A stretch of DNA of 43,550 bases from a virus. A model generated the notes under the pieces. The model was not told where the DNA came from. It made no database searches and worked only from the letters and a program-made list of their open reading frames with translations. Position numbers and translations under genes: made by a program. Every line of letters begins with the position of its first letter. Positions within the stretch are counted from its first letter, which is position 1. This document shows, one piece after another, positions 1 through 6,978 of the stretch. The stretch is from the UHGV virus genome UHGV-0212646; one strand, written 5' to 3'.

Positions 1-135
1 TTGGGCCACTGCCATGACCTGTTCCTGCATGGCGTATGCGACCTTCTTAAGCTCCTCAGGGCTGAGGGAATCCATTGGGACATCCTGCCCTGTATTTCCT
101 ATGTCGATGTAATTTGTGAAGCCGTATTCCCTCAC
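1..135 (-). CDS. hypothetical protein, 5' part only (gene runs off the window start)
   Basis: GTG at 135 is preceded by a GGAGGTG SD (rc of 142-148). The frame stays open to position 1. The + ORF 1..432 is its antisense artefact. Confidence 0.3.
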   Translation of the reverse strand, partial: MREYGFTNYIDIGNTGQDVPMDSLSPEELKKVAYAMQEQVMAVAQ

Positions 136-198
136 TATAACCACCTCCTTCCTGATTCTATGCCTTATGGGCTGTACAACTTACGTTGTCCACCCTAC

Positions 199-933
199 CT
201 AAGCTACTCCAAAATTCATTTGGGCATTGGCTATTTCAATCAGTTCTTCCAAAAATGTAGGAGCCTCGTAGCAGTCAATCAGTTCATGGGCATCCGCTAT
301 GTACTTCCGTTTCAGCGCCTTATAAGACTTCGGCCGTCCGCTGTCATCATAAATACCGAACTCCCTCTTGATCTGATCGTAAATATCCCGGTACACCTTG
401 GAACGGATTTCTGTATCCTTATAAGCTTCTGACTGCTTTCCGCCTAATACAGACACGCCTTTGCGCTTAACATGACTGGACAGCTCGTCCGCTTCGGAAC
501 CATACAGAGGAATATCATATTCCAGCTTATCCATACGCTGCTCCATCTTAACCTGCTTCTGATCGATCATCAGAATGGCTTTCATTTCAGTGGACATATT
601 AGGCATTTCATATGTACCAGTCTTGCGCAGTGTCGGAAGGACCTCGGATGTTACCCAGTGCTTAAAGCGTTTGGCAGATTCCAGCTTGCTGCCGAAGATT
701 AAGGCGTAGAGGCCGGATTCGTTGATGATAGTCATTTGTTGAGTTCCCGAAGGGGTGTCCACGGAATGGACTCCCTTGTCTTCATCTGCTACATTTGTTG
801 CCAGTCCCTGCCTTGGATTTTTAAATCCCAGCGCTTCCGCAACATCCTTCCCCACGAACCACGGCTCGCCTTCAATCACCACTGTCCGGACTTCTCCGAA
901 CTCCTCATTGTTAAAAATTTGTAACTCGTGCAT
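199..933 (-). CDS. phage antirepressor, Bro-N N-terminal domain + KilA-C/ORF6C-type C-terminal domain
   Basis: The N-terminus (EFGEVRTVVIEGEPWFVGKDVAEALGF...SGLYALIFGSKLESAKRFKHWVTSEVLP) is a typical Bro-N region. The C-terminal ~110 aa is antirepressor KilAC-like. Confidence 0.8.
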   Translation of the reverse strand: MHELQIFNNEEFGEVRTVVIEGEPWFVGKDVAEALGFKNPRQGLATNVADEDKGVHSVDTPSGTQQMTIINESGLYALIFGSKLESAKRFKHWVTSEVLPTLRKTGTYEMPNMSTEMKAILMIDQKQVKMEQRMDKLEYDIPLYGSEADELSSHVKRKGVSVLGGKQSEAYKDTEIRSKVYRDIYDQIKREFGIYDDSGRPKSYKALKRKYIADAHELIDCYEAPTFLEELIEIANAQMNFGVA

Positions 934-960
934 TTTATGTGTCCTCCCTCCTAAATTTTA

Positions 961-1010
961 AACCAAGCTTGTCTTTCCTTCTCCTCTGTCCTATACTGTA
1001 CTCACAGGCG
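961..1010 (+). promoter_or_regulatory. promoter TTGTCT-N17-TATACT plus conserved 5'UTR/RBS, copy 1 of a duplicated ~75-bp unit
   Basis: cttgtctttccttctcctctgtcctatactgtactca ... caaaagaaaggaca-ATG. The unit recurs almost identically at 1948-2015. Confidence 0.5.
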
Positions 1011-1044
1011 TGCCAGCGCCGAGTACAAAAGAAAGGACATTATT

Positions 1045-1869
1045 ATGAACACTAATCACCAATCTTTCATAGCCGCAATATCTGCATTTCAAAGTTCTTT
1101 AGAAAAGATGAATGCAGATTTGACCGCCGCCTACTCTCCCATTATTCAATCTACTTCACAAATACAAAGTATACTTGCTTCTGCCATGTATCCACAGGCA
1201 ATCTTAACCACTCAAATGCAAGATATGCTGGATACTTTGTTGGCACCTATTCATGAAATGCAGTGTTCTATGAGTACGTCAATTACAAAAGAAATTGCTA
1301 ATTCTCTAGCCGCTAACAACTCTGTTATCCAAGATTTGGCAAAAGATATTCAAAACAACCTTGTTGATTTTAGTTCCCATATTTCAACTGTCTTTTCTTC
1401 GATATTGGAAAATATTTCGTTTCAGCAAGAATATGTGGAAGTACCTGAATACCTATACTCTTTTGTTGCCCATGAGAATGAAAATCCACAAGAAATTCCT
1501 CTTACCGTTGAGACCCCGCTTCCAAAGCGACGCATAACGCTGGAATTCTTTTTAAGTTGTATATTACCAAATATAATTGCTTTATTCGGCGTGTGGCTGA
1601 CCATCTACTATCACAACATAGATGCATCTTCTCAAAATACCGCCGCACAAGCTGAAGCCGCTATGTTCGAAAGTTACACTGAATCGTTGAATCGCCTTAA
1701 TGACTCTGTGTCTGCACTCAACGATTATTTAGTATCTCAGTCAAAGTTGTCTCCAGATTCATGTTCAACTGTTGCAACAAGTTCAAATGCTGTTCCTGTA
1801 GCAGCTGAATCTGATTCCGCAACTGCTGGTGAATCCGAAAATCTTGATATGCCCCAACAGCCTGATTAA
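1045..1869 (+). CDS. hypothetical membrane-anchored protein (P1), AT-rich
   Basis: ATG with AAAGGA SD. Single predicted TM helix (FFLSCILPNIIALFGVWLTIYY). Ser/Thr/Gln-rich low-complexity tail. GC well below the structural genes. Confidence 0.55.
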   Translation: MNTNHQSFIAAISAFQSSLEKMNADLTAAYSPIIQSTSQIQSILASAMYPQAILTTQMQDMLDTLLAPIHEMQCSMSTSITKEIANSLAANNSVIQDLAKDIQNNLVDFSSHISTVFSSILENISFQQEYVEVPEYLYSFVAHENENPQEIPLTVETPLPKRRITLEFFLSCILPNIIALFGVWLTIYYHNIDASSQNTAAQAEAAMFESYTESLNRLNDSVSALNDYLVSQSKLSPDSCSTVATSSNAVPVAAESDSATAGESENLDMPQQPD

Positions 1870-1939
1870 TTGATATAACCGCTATTGCTATCCAGACCAT
1901 AGTGATATGCGGTTTATTTTTTTCTTCCACCTCTCTCAC
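1718..1939 (-). CDS. possible small membrane protein overlapping P1 3' end on the opposite strand (doubtful)
   Basis: GTG start inside the repeated element tcttccacctctctcac with an upstream GGGAGG. One TM segment. Overlaps P1 by 150 nt, so likely spurious. Confidence 0.15.
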   Translation of the reverse strand: MREVEEKNKPHITMVWIAIAVISINQAVGAYQDFRIHQQLRNQIQLLQEQHLNLLQQLNMNLETTLTEILNNR

Positions 1940-1947
1940 CTCCCTTC

Positions 1948-2015
1948 CTCTTGTCTTTTCTTTCCCTCTGTCCTATACTGTACTCATACTAAATACAAAA
2001 GAGAGGGAGATTTCT
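1948..2015 (+). promoter_or_regulatory. promoter TTGTCT-N17-TATACT plus conserved 5'UTR/RBS, copy 2
   Basis: cttgtcttttctttccctctgtcctatactgtactca ... caaaagagagggaga-N6-GTG. Confidence 0.5.
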
Positions 2016-2588
2016 GTGTCTAACATAAAACCATTTTTACATCCTGTCCGTCCTAAAGAGGTTACTGATTCAGAACCTCAATCTGCTTTGAATTTATTTG
2101 TCAATTCCGGATTCACTCAGGCAGCTACTTTAAACACAGCTCCAAATACGAAGTTACCTGGCCTATCAGAAGAAGATAGACAAGCAATGCATGAATCCCT
2201 GAAGTCTGATTCGCAAAGAAGCATTGAATATTTCGGTCCAAAACTGCAAGAACATCAAACAGCTCTAATACAGCAAATAGAAGTTATTGAGAAAATCGCT
2301 CAATCAGCGATACTCCAGGCCGACCAGGCTATCAAGCAGACCCTTGCTTCCGAGGAAAGTCTCGCCCTATTTAAAGAACAGGTCGAATCTCTATCTTCCA
2401 TAGCTAAAGATGCAAAATCTCAAGCTGTAACTACCTGCAAAGAACTCGATGCCATGAAACAGCAACTGGACTTTGCTAAGTCTGAGGCCGAAAGCGCCAA
2501 GAACGACACCCTATGGACAAGAGGTATTTCTATTGTTGCGGTCATTGTTAGCATTGTTGCGATTATTGCGCCATTACTATACGGATAA
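2016..2588 (+). CDS. hypothetical C-terminally membrane-anchored coiled-coil protein (P2)
   Basis: GTG at 2016 sits 6 nt after a GAGGGAGA SD. Coiled-coil-like central region. C-terminal TM (ISIVAVIVSIVAIIAPLLYG). Confidence 0.55.
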   Translation: MSNIKPFLHPVRPKEVTDSEPQSALNLFVNSGFTQAATLNTAPNTKLPGLSEEDRQAMHESLKSDSQRSIEYFGPKLQEHQTALIQQIEVIEKIAQSAILQADQAIKQTLASEESLALFKEQVESLSSIAKDAKSQAVTTCKELDAMKQQLDFAKSEAESAKNDTLWTRGISIVAVIVSIVAIIAPLLYG

Positions 2589-2748
2589 TCAATGCAATTA
2601 CACTTAAAACCAACGCTATTGCCGAAAGAACCTTTGACTGTGAGTTATATTTGCGCGCAGATTTTAAATTCTCTTCTATTTCTTTGAAATCTGCACAAAA
2701 TTCCTCATAGTCTAATTGTTTTGTATTCTTATCTTCCACCTCTCTCAC
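2563..2748 (-). CDS. putative small tail-anchored membrane protein (57-61 aa)
   Basis: GTG start with an upstream GGAAGGGG SD. Charged N-terminus and a C-terminal TM (VLSAIALVLSVIALIIRIV). Start overlaps the stop of the upstream 55-aa ORF in a GTGA arrangement. Overlaps the P2 3' end by only 26 nt. Confidence 0.35.
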   Translation of the reverse strand: MREVEDKNTKQLDYEEFCADFKEIEENLKSARKYNSQSKVLSAIALVLSVIALIIRIVMAQ

Positions 2749-2912
2749 GCCCCTTCCTGCTCTGGCTCTCTCATTGCCTTATCCATGTCACACCTTGCCT
2801 TGAGCATATCCAAGCCAGTCTTTGCGATCACCAGACTCTGGGGATCGTTCTCAGCCAAATACTTCGCTGTTTTGACCATTTCCTGGATATCCCGTTTCTC
2901 TTTTTCACTCAC
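2745..2912 (-). CDS. hypothetical 55-aa protein, first gene of the operon divergent from the XRE repressor
   Basis: GGAGGTG SD (rc 2922-2928), 9-nt spacer, GTG at 2912. Falls below the ORF-track length cutoff. Product: MSEKEKRDIQEMVKTAKYLAENDPQSLVIAKTGLDMLKARCDMDKAMREPEQEGA. Confidence 0.4.
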   Translation of the reverse strand: MSEKEKRDIQEMVKTAKYLAENDPQSLVIAKTGLDMLKARCDMDKAMREPEQEGA

Positions 2913-2954
2913 TGCGATAATCACCTCCCATCTGTGTTTATGAGACTATTTTAA

Positions 2955-3040
2955 GTCCTAAAATCACATTTGTCAAGCACTTTTTTGTTGACAAACGCAC
3001 ATTATTGTATTATGATATTAACAGACAGGAGGTGACAACT
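2955..3040. promoter_or_regulatory. face-to-face divergent promoters (lysogeny-switch-like)
   Basis: Plus strand: TTGACA(2985-2990)-N17-TATGAT toward XRE. Minus strand: TTGACA (rc of tgtcaa ~2960)-N17-TAAAAT toward the 55-aa ORF. The two -35 boxes form an inverted repeat tttgtcaa/ttgacaaa. Confidence 0.5.
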
Positions 3041-3439
3041 TTGAAAGATAGGTTAAAGCTATTAAGAAAAGAATTAGGCATGACTCAGGAGAAATTTGCA
3101 GAACGTCTAAATATTAAGAGAAATACCCTTGCCAATTATGAAATAGGGCGAAATGAACCTATTGATGCCGTTATAGCACTAATTTGCAGAGAATATAATG
3201 TAAATGAAACTTGGCTCCGCACAGGAGAGGGAGAAATGTTTAGGCAGCTACTTCCTACTGATGAAGTAGCAGTTTATGTAGAAGATCTGCTTGAATATGA
3301 TGGGCACGGAAATGCTTTCTACGATATGATTATAGAAATGATGAAAGCCTACCACGGTATTGATGATAAGTCCAAAACTGTAATTAGGGACTACTTTGGA
3401 ATGATCAGGGAATCCATAAAAGAAAAAAAGGAGGATTAA
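3041..3439 (+). CDS. XRE-family helix-turn-helix transcriptional regulator (phage repressor-like)
   Basis: AGGAGGTG SD, then TTG start at 3041. HTH region LGMTQEKFAERLNIKRNTLANYEIGRNEP. No peptidase S24 domain. Confidence 0.85.
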   Translation: MKDRLKLLRKELGMTQEKFAERLNIKRNTLANYEIGRNEPIDAVIALICREYNVNETWLRTGEGEMFRQLLPTDEVAVYVEDLLEYDGHGNAFYDMIIEMMKAYHGIDDKSKTVIRDYFGMIRESIKEKKED

Positions 3440-3456
3440 ATCCTCCCCCTCTTTTC
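3430..3456 (+). terminator. palindrome GGAGGATT-A-AATCCTCC followed by a T-rich run, overlapping the XRE stop
   Basis: An A-run precedes it and ccctcttttct follows. Could work as a bidirectional terminator. Confidence 0.4.
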
Positions 3457-3692
3457 TAAATAGCGCAGCAGTAATGTATAAATGCGTCGTATGAATTGAA
3501 TGTCATCCTTATTTAATTTACTGCACATGAGATTTATTTCTTTTATGTATTCGTCCATATAGCACCCCTTTGAACATACGTTTGCTTTTGTTTGATTCAA
3601 TAATAGCACACAAGGAAATAAATATCAAGCAATTTTAGAACAAATGTTCTTTATTATATTGGCTTTGTAATAAAAGAGATGAGGGAATACAC

Positions 3693-4343
3693 ATGAGTAG
3701 CAAAATGAAAACTAAAATATTGTTTTTAATAATTTTTACATTTTTGGATATAGGTTTTCTTCCACGTTTTTCCAAATATAATACTGCTAATAAAATCACA
3801 GCAATTATTTCTTTTCTTATTACGCTTTGGCTTGTATTAGCTATAGTCAAAGAAAATAAGAAAAAGAGTCTTGAAGTTGCTCAACAGCAAGAACGTGTAC
3901 AGACATTGATTGCTAATATCCGATCTGGAGCAATTCCGAAGATAGAAAATTGTTCTCTGATCTTAAAAGATGGTGAGTTCGCCTGTAATGAAGTTCAGAC
4001 CTACATATCTGAAACCAAAAATAAAGTTGTTGGAAGTACAGGCTCTGGAGGCGGAGTTAGTGTCCGAGTTGCTAAGGGAGTCCGTGTCCATTCTAGTTCA
4101 GGAGGAAACAAAAAGGTTTACAGAGATGTTACAGAAAAATATTTCGGTAGCTTCATTATCACAAATCAGAGAATCGTATTCTTGAATAATCAAAAAGGAT
4201 TTGAGATTCCTTATATGAATCTGACCGGACTGTTTTCGTCGGGAAAAGATTTAATTGTACAATCAAAAAATAAATCTTATATAATTTTTGCAAATACTCC
4301 TACTGTATACGAAGAGTTGATTCGGGCAGTAGCAAAAAATTAA
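3693..4343 (+). CDS. AT-rich moron: membrane protein with two N-terminal TM helices and a C-terminal bPH (YdbS/YdbT)-like domain
   Basis: TM helices ILFLIIFTFLDIGFLP and ITAIISFLITLWLVLAIV. C-terminal beta-rich segment ...FIITNQRIVFLNNQKGFEIPYMNLTGLF...SYIIFANTP is typical of bacterial PH-like domains. Roughly 30% GC. Confidence 0.5.
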   Translation: MSSKMKTKILFLIIFTFLDIGFLPRFSKYNTANKITAIISFLITLWLVLAIVKENKKKSLEVAQQQERVQTLIANIRSGAIPKIENCSLILKDGEFACNEVQTYISETKNKVVGSTGSGGGVSVRVAKGVRVHSSSGGNKKVYRDVTEKYFGSFIITNQRIVFLNNQKGFEIPYMNLTGLFSSGKDLIVQSKNKSYIIFANTPTVYEELIRAVAKN

Positions 4344-4487
4344 ATAATAGAGAAAAACCAGCCCCTGCGCCAACAGGAACGGCTTTAAATTAAAGAAAGT
4401 AATCGGAAAAGTAATGTATTGAATCGCCTCTGGCGTTTTAATAAAGTAAACCAACGATTAGTGTTTTTACAGAATGGTGGTGACCTA

Positions 4488-4724
4488 TTGGAAATACAAT
4501 ATTCTAAACAAGCAATCAAATTTTTAAAGAAACAAGACCTGCCGACCAGAAAGCGTATCATAACTGCGATCAATGCACTTCCTGCCGGAGATGTAAAATC
4601 TTTGCAAGGACGCTCTGGATACCGCCTCCGGATTGGCGACTATAGAGTAATTTTCGATAAAGAAGGAAATATTCTCTATATTGAAAAAATTGATAACCGC
4701 GGACAAGTTTATAAAGGAGTGTGA
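4488..4724 (+). CDS. type II toxin, RelE/ParE family
   Basis: GGTGGTGA SD, then TTG at 4488. Product MEIQYSKQAIKFLKKQ...SGYRLRIGDYRVIFDKEGNILYIEKIDNRGQVY matches RelE/ParE core motifs. Confidence 0.8.
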   Translation: MEIQYSKQAIKFLKKQDLPTRKRIITAINALPAGDVKSLQGRSGYRLRIGDYRVIFDKEGNILYIEKIDNRGQVYKGV

Positions 4725-4729
4725 TTTAT

Positions 4730-4975
4730 ATGACTGCAATAAAAGAGCGTATTATAGGTGCTGTCTCCCTGATGAGTGATCAGGAGGCTGCTGTATTTTG
4801 GAAGTTAATCCAGAACCGCTATATTATCACTCCCAAGACCCAAGATGCCTGGGATAGTATTGAGGAAATCGAACCTGACGAATTTGATCTGGCTATGCTC
4901 AGAGAAATAGAAAATGATCCTGATTGCCACGAGTTTGTTTCCTCCAAAGATGTTATGGATGAGCTTGGTTTGTAG
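4730..4975 (+). CDS. putative cognate antitoxin (unclassified, acidic C-terminus), encoded after the toxin
   Basis: AAAGGAGTG SD, then ATG at 4730, 5 nt after the toxin stop. Acidic C-terminus EEIEPDEFDLAMLREIENDPD. Confidence 0.4.
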   Translation: MTAIKERIIGAVSLMSDQEAAVFWKLIQNRYIITPKTQDAWDSIEEIEPDEFDLAMLREIENDPDCHEFVSSKDVMDELGL

Positions 4976-4993
4976 TTGATTTTCAAAACAAAT

Positions 4994-5032
4994 AAAAACC
5001 GCCCGGTGTTACCAGCACCGAACGGCTTTCAC
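4994..5032 (+). terminator. imperfect hairpin after the TA operon
   Basis: aaaaaccgcccggtgttaccagcaccgaacggctttc. Confidence 0.3.
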
Positions 5033-5167
5033 ATAGATTCTCTTGCCGGATACTCCAGCCATGATAAATCCAGACCAAACATCTGAATTATATCATTTCT
5101 GGTACATCCTGGCAAGGGGTGTATTTTTTACACCCATTTTTCATACAATCCACAAGGAGATGATATA

Positions 5168-6646
5168 ATGCCGCCATTATCCACCAGTAATTCACAGACT
5201 TTGGAGATCGGCGCCGCCTACATCCGCGTCAGCACCGACGATCAGACAGAGCTTTCCCCGGATGCCCAGCTGCGTGTCATTCTTGATGCCGCCAAAGCGG
5301 ACGGGTTCGTGATCCCTAAAGAATATATCTTTGAAGAGAAGAAAGGCATATCCGGCCGGAAGGCTGACAACCGCCCGGAGTTCCAGCGTATGATCGCTAT
5401 TGCCAAGTCTCAGAAACCCGCTCCCTTCAAACGGCTGTACCTCTGGAAGTTTTCCCGATTCGCCCGGAATCAGGAGGAAAGCACCTTCTACAAGGGGATC
5501 TTACGAAAAAAGTGCGGAATCGAGATCAAAAGCATATCAGAGCCCATTATGGACGGAATGTTCGGCCGACTGATTGAAACGATTATCGAATGGTTTGACG
5601 AATACTATTCTTTTAACCTGTCCGGGGAGGTCATGCGCGGCATGACAGAAAAAGCCCTCCGGGAAGGCTATCAGACCTCCCCTTCTCTGGGATACAAGGC
5701 CGCCGGCGAGGGCAAACCATTTCTCATTGACGAGATGACTTACCCGATTGTGGAGTATATCTTCCGTACCTATCACGATGGCCGGGATATGACTGCCACT
5801 GCAAGGGCCGCCAACGCCATGGGCTACCGAACCCGCCACGGCAATCTCTTTGATCGTCGGGCAGTTTACCGCATTTTAACGAACCGTTTTTACAATGGAG
5901 AGGTTGTCTGGAACGGGATCACCTTTCAGGGATCGCATGAAACCCGCCCCGCCGTAACCTCCATTTACGAGAACGTCCAAAATCGGATAACATCTGAATA
6001 CCGCCCCCTCAAGCGCCGCGAGGCCTCTGCTAACGCGCATTGGCTGTCAGGGCTTTTAACCTGCAGCGTCTGTGGCAGCAGTCTGGGCTTTAACCGCTCC
6101 AACAATCAGAAAAAGCGTCCTGACTTCTTTCAATGCTGGAAGTACGCCAAGGGCGTCCACCCTGGTTCCTGCTGCGTATCTGCCCGGATTGCAGAGCAAA
6201 CCGTGCTGAGTTCGTTGGAAAATGCTATGGGGCAGAACTATCTTGAGTATGAATATATCCCGAAAACAGCTGTGGAAACACACGGAGAGGAGCTGGCTTT
6301 AAAAGAGGCTTTGGATCGGATCGCCATCAAAGAGCAGCGCATCCGGGAGGCATATGAAAATGAAATTGATACCCTGGAAGAATATAAGCAAAACAAAATC
6401 CGTCTGAATGTCGAACGGGAGCAGCTGACCGCCGCACTGGAACAACTTCGTCAGAAGATCCAGCAGTCCACATCCGCGCCGCCCAGTCAGGCCGAGGTCA
6501 TGGCCAAAATCTCCTGTGTGTATCAGGTGCTTTCTGATCAGGAAGTCGATAACGAAACCAAAGCCAATGCCCTCCGAGCCATCTGTAAACAGATCGTTTT
6601 TGACCGTGAAACCAGACGTTTTATCTTTTATTACTACACATCATAA
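5168..6646 (+). CDS. int: large serine recombinase (phage integrase type)
   Basis: Resolvase catalytic N-terminal domain (AAYIRVSTDDQ...), recombinase domain, Cys-rich zinc ribbon (CSVCGSS...CWKYAKGVHPGSC), and a C-terminal coiled coil. AAGGAGA SD. Confidence 0.9.
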   Translation: MPPLSTSNSQTLEIGAAYIRVSTDDQTELSPDAQLRVILDAAKADGFVIPKEYIFEEKKGISGRKADNRPEFQRMIAIAKSQKPAPFKRLYLWKFSRFARNQEESTFYKGILRKKCGIEIKSISEPIMDGMFGRLIETIIEWFDEYYSFNLSGEVMRGMTEKALREGYQTSPSLGYKAAGEGKPFLIDEMTYPIVEYIFRTYHDGRDMTATARAANAMGYRTRHGNLFDRRAVYRILTNRFYNGEVVWNGITFQGSHETRPAVTSIYENVQNRITSEYRPLKRREASANAHWLSGLLTCSVCGSSLGFNRSNNQKKRPDFFQCWKYAKGVHPGSCCVSARIAEQTVLSSLENAMGQNYLEYEYIPKTAVETHGEELALKEALDRIAIKEQRIREAYENEIDTLEEYKQNKIRLNVEREQLTAALEQLRQKIQQSTSAPPSQAEVMAKISCVYQVLSDQEVDNETKANALRAICKQIVFDRETRRFIFYYYTS

Positions 6647-6682
6647 GTTATTGCATTACGGGCCACCGGATAGCAATAACTT
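6645..6682. repeat. perfect 10-bp inverted repeat AAGTTATTGC-N18-GCAATAACTT abutting the int stop
   Basis: Seen directly in sequence. The AT-rich arms and 18-nt spacer are atypical for an intrinsic terminator, and the scale fits a serine-integrase att/binding site. Confidence 0.35.
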
Positions 6683-6728
6683 ATAGTGTTGTGAGTAAGT
6701 GGAGACAAAAAAAGGTTTTTATAGAATA

Positions 6729-6757
6729 TTGCATTTAGGAATTGCGTATGATATAAT
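6729..6757 (+). promoter_or_regulatory. promoter TTGCAT-N17-TGaTATAAT for sRNA-A
   Basis: Near-consensus -35, 17-nt spacer, extended -10. Confidence 0.6.
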
Positions 6758-6764
6758 GCCTGTA

Positions 6765-6840
6765 GGCAATAAAGGATATAGTTGTTCCATAGTGAGCGAC
6801 AACAAAAAACCCGGAGGTGTGCAAGACCTTCGGGTTTTTC
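6765..6840 (+). ncRNA. candidate antitoxin sRNA-A (RNA II-like) of a par/Fst-like type I TA locus
   Basis: Runs from its own promoter to the shared bidirectional terminator. Carries the direct-repeat segment ataaaggatata...ttccatagt, which is complementary to the toxin start region. Confidence 0.5.
6810..6839. terminator. bidirectional intrinsic terminator shared by sRNA-A and toxin-A mRNA
   Basis: cccggagg-tgtgcaaga-ccttcggg with T-runs on both strands. The stem covaries with copy B. Confidence 0.7.
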
Positions 6841-6891
6841 TATTCCTATTTTTCGGAGTGGGAAGGCTTAACCCCACAGGCTAGTTACCGA

Positions 6892-6978
6892 TTACTTATC
6901 GCCGTTTAACCATTTGATGATGTAGTGGCAAGCTACACCAGCCGCAACAGCGACGATAAAGGATATAATAAATTCCAT
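6892..6978 (-). CDS. 28-aa hydrophobic peptide, Fst/Ldr-like type I toxin candidate (copy A)
   Basis: GGGAGGTG SD, 6-nt spacer, ATG. Product MEFIISFIVAVAAGVACHYIIKWLNGDK: a TM helix followed by a charged KWLNGDK tail. The 5'UTR contains CGCCTCCCT, which can pair with the SD. Confidence 0.6.
   Translation of the reverse strand: MEFIISFIVAVAAGVACHYIIKWLNGDK

Noticed and set aside
1-432. 143-aa + strand ORF at the window start
   Set aside because: It is antisense to the Bro-N antirepressor gene and to a minus-strand partial gene with a proper SD. It has no SD of its own and an odd composition.
3436-3558. 40-aa minus-strand ORF with an AAAGGGGTG SD, convergent on the XRE stop
   Set aside because: Overlaps the XRE stop and the terminator palindrome and is AT-rich low-complexity. 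It cannot be supported without expression data.
6699-6884. 61-aa + strand ORF
   Set aside because: Spans the sRNA-A promoter, sRNA and bidirectional terminator. It is better explained as the noncoding RNA locus.
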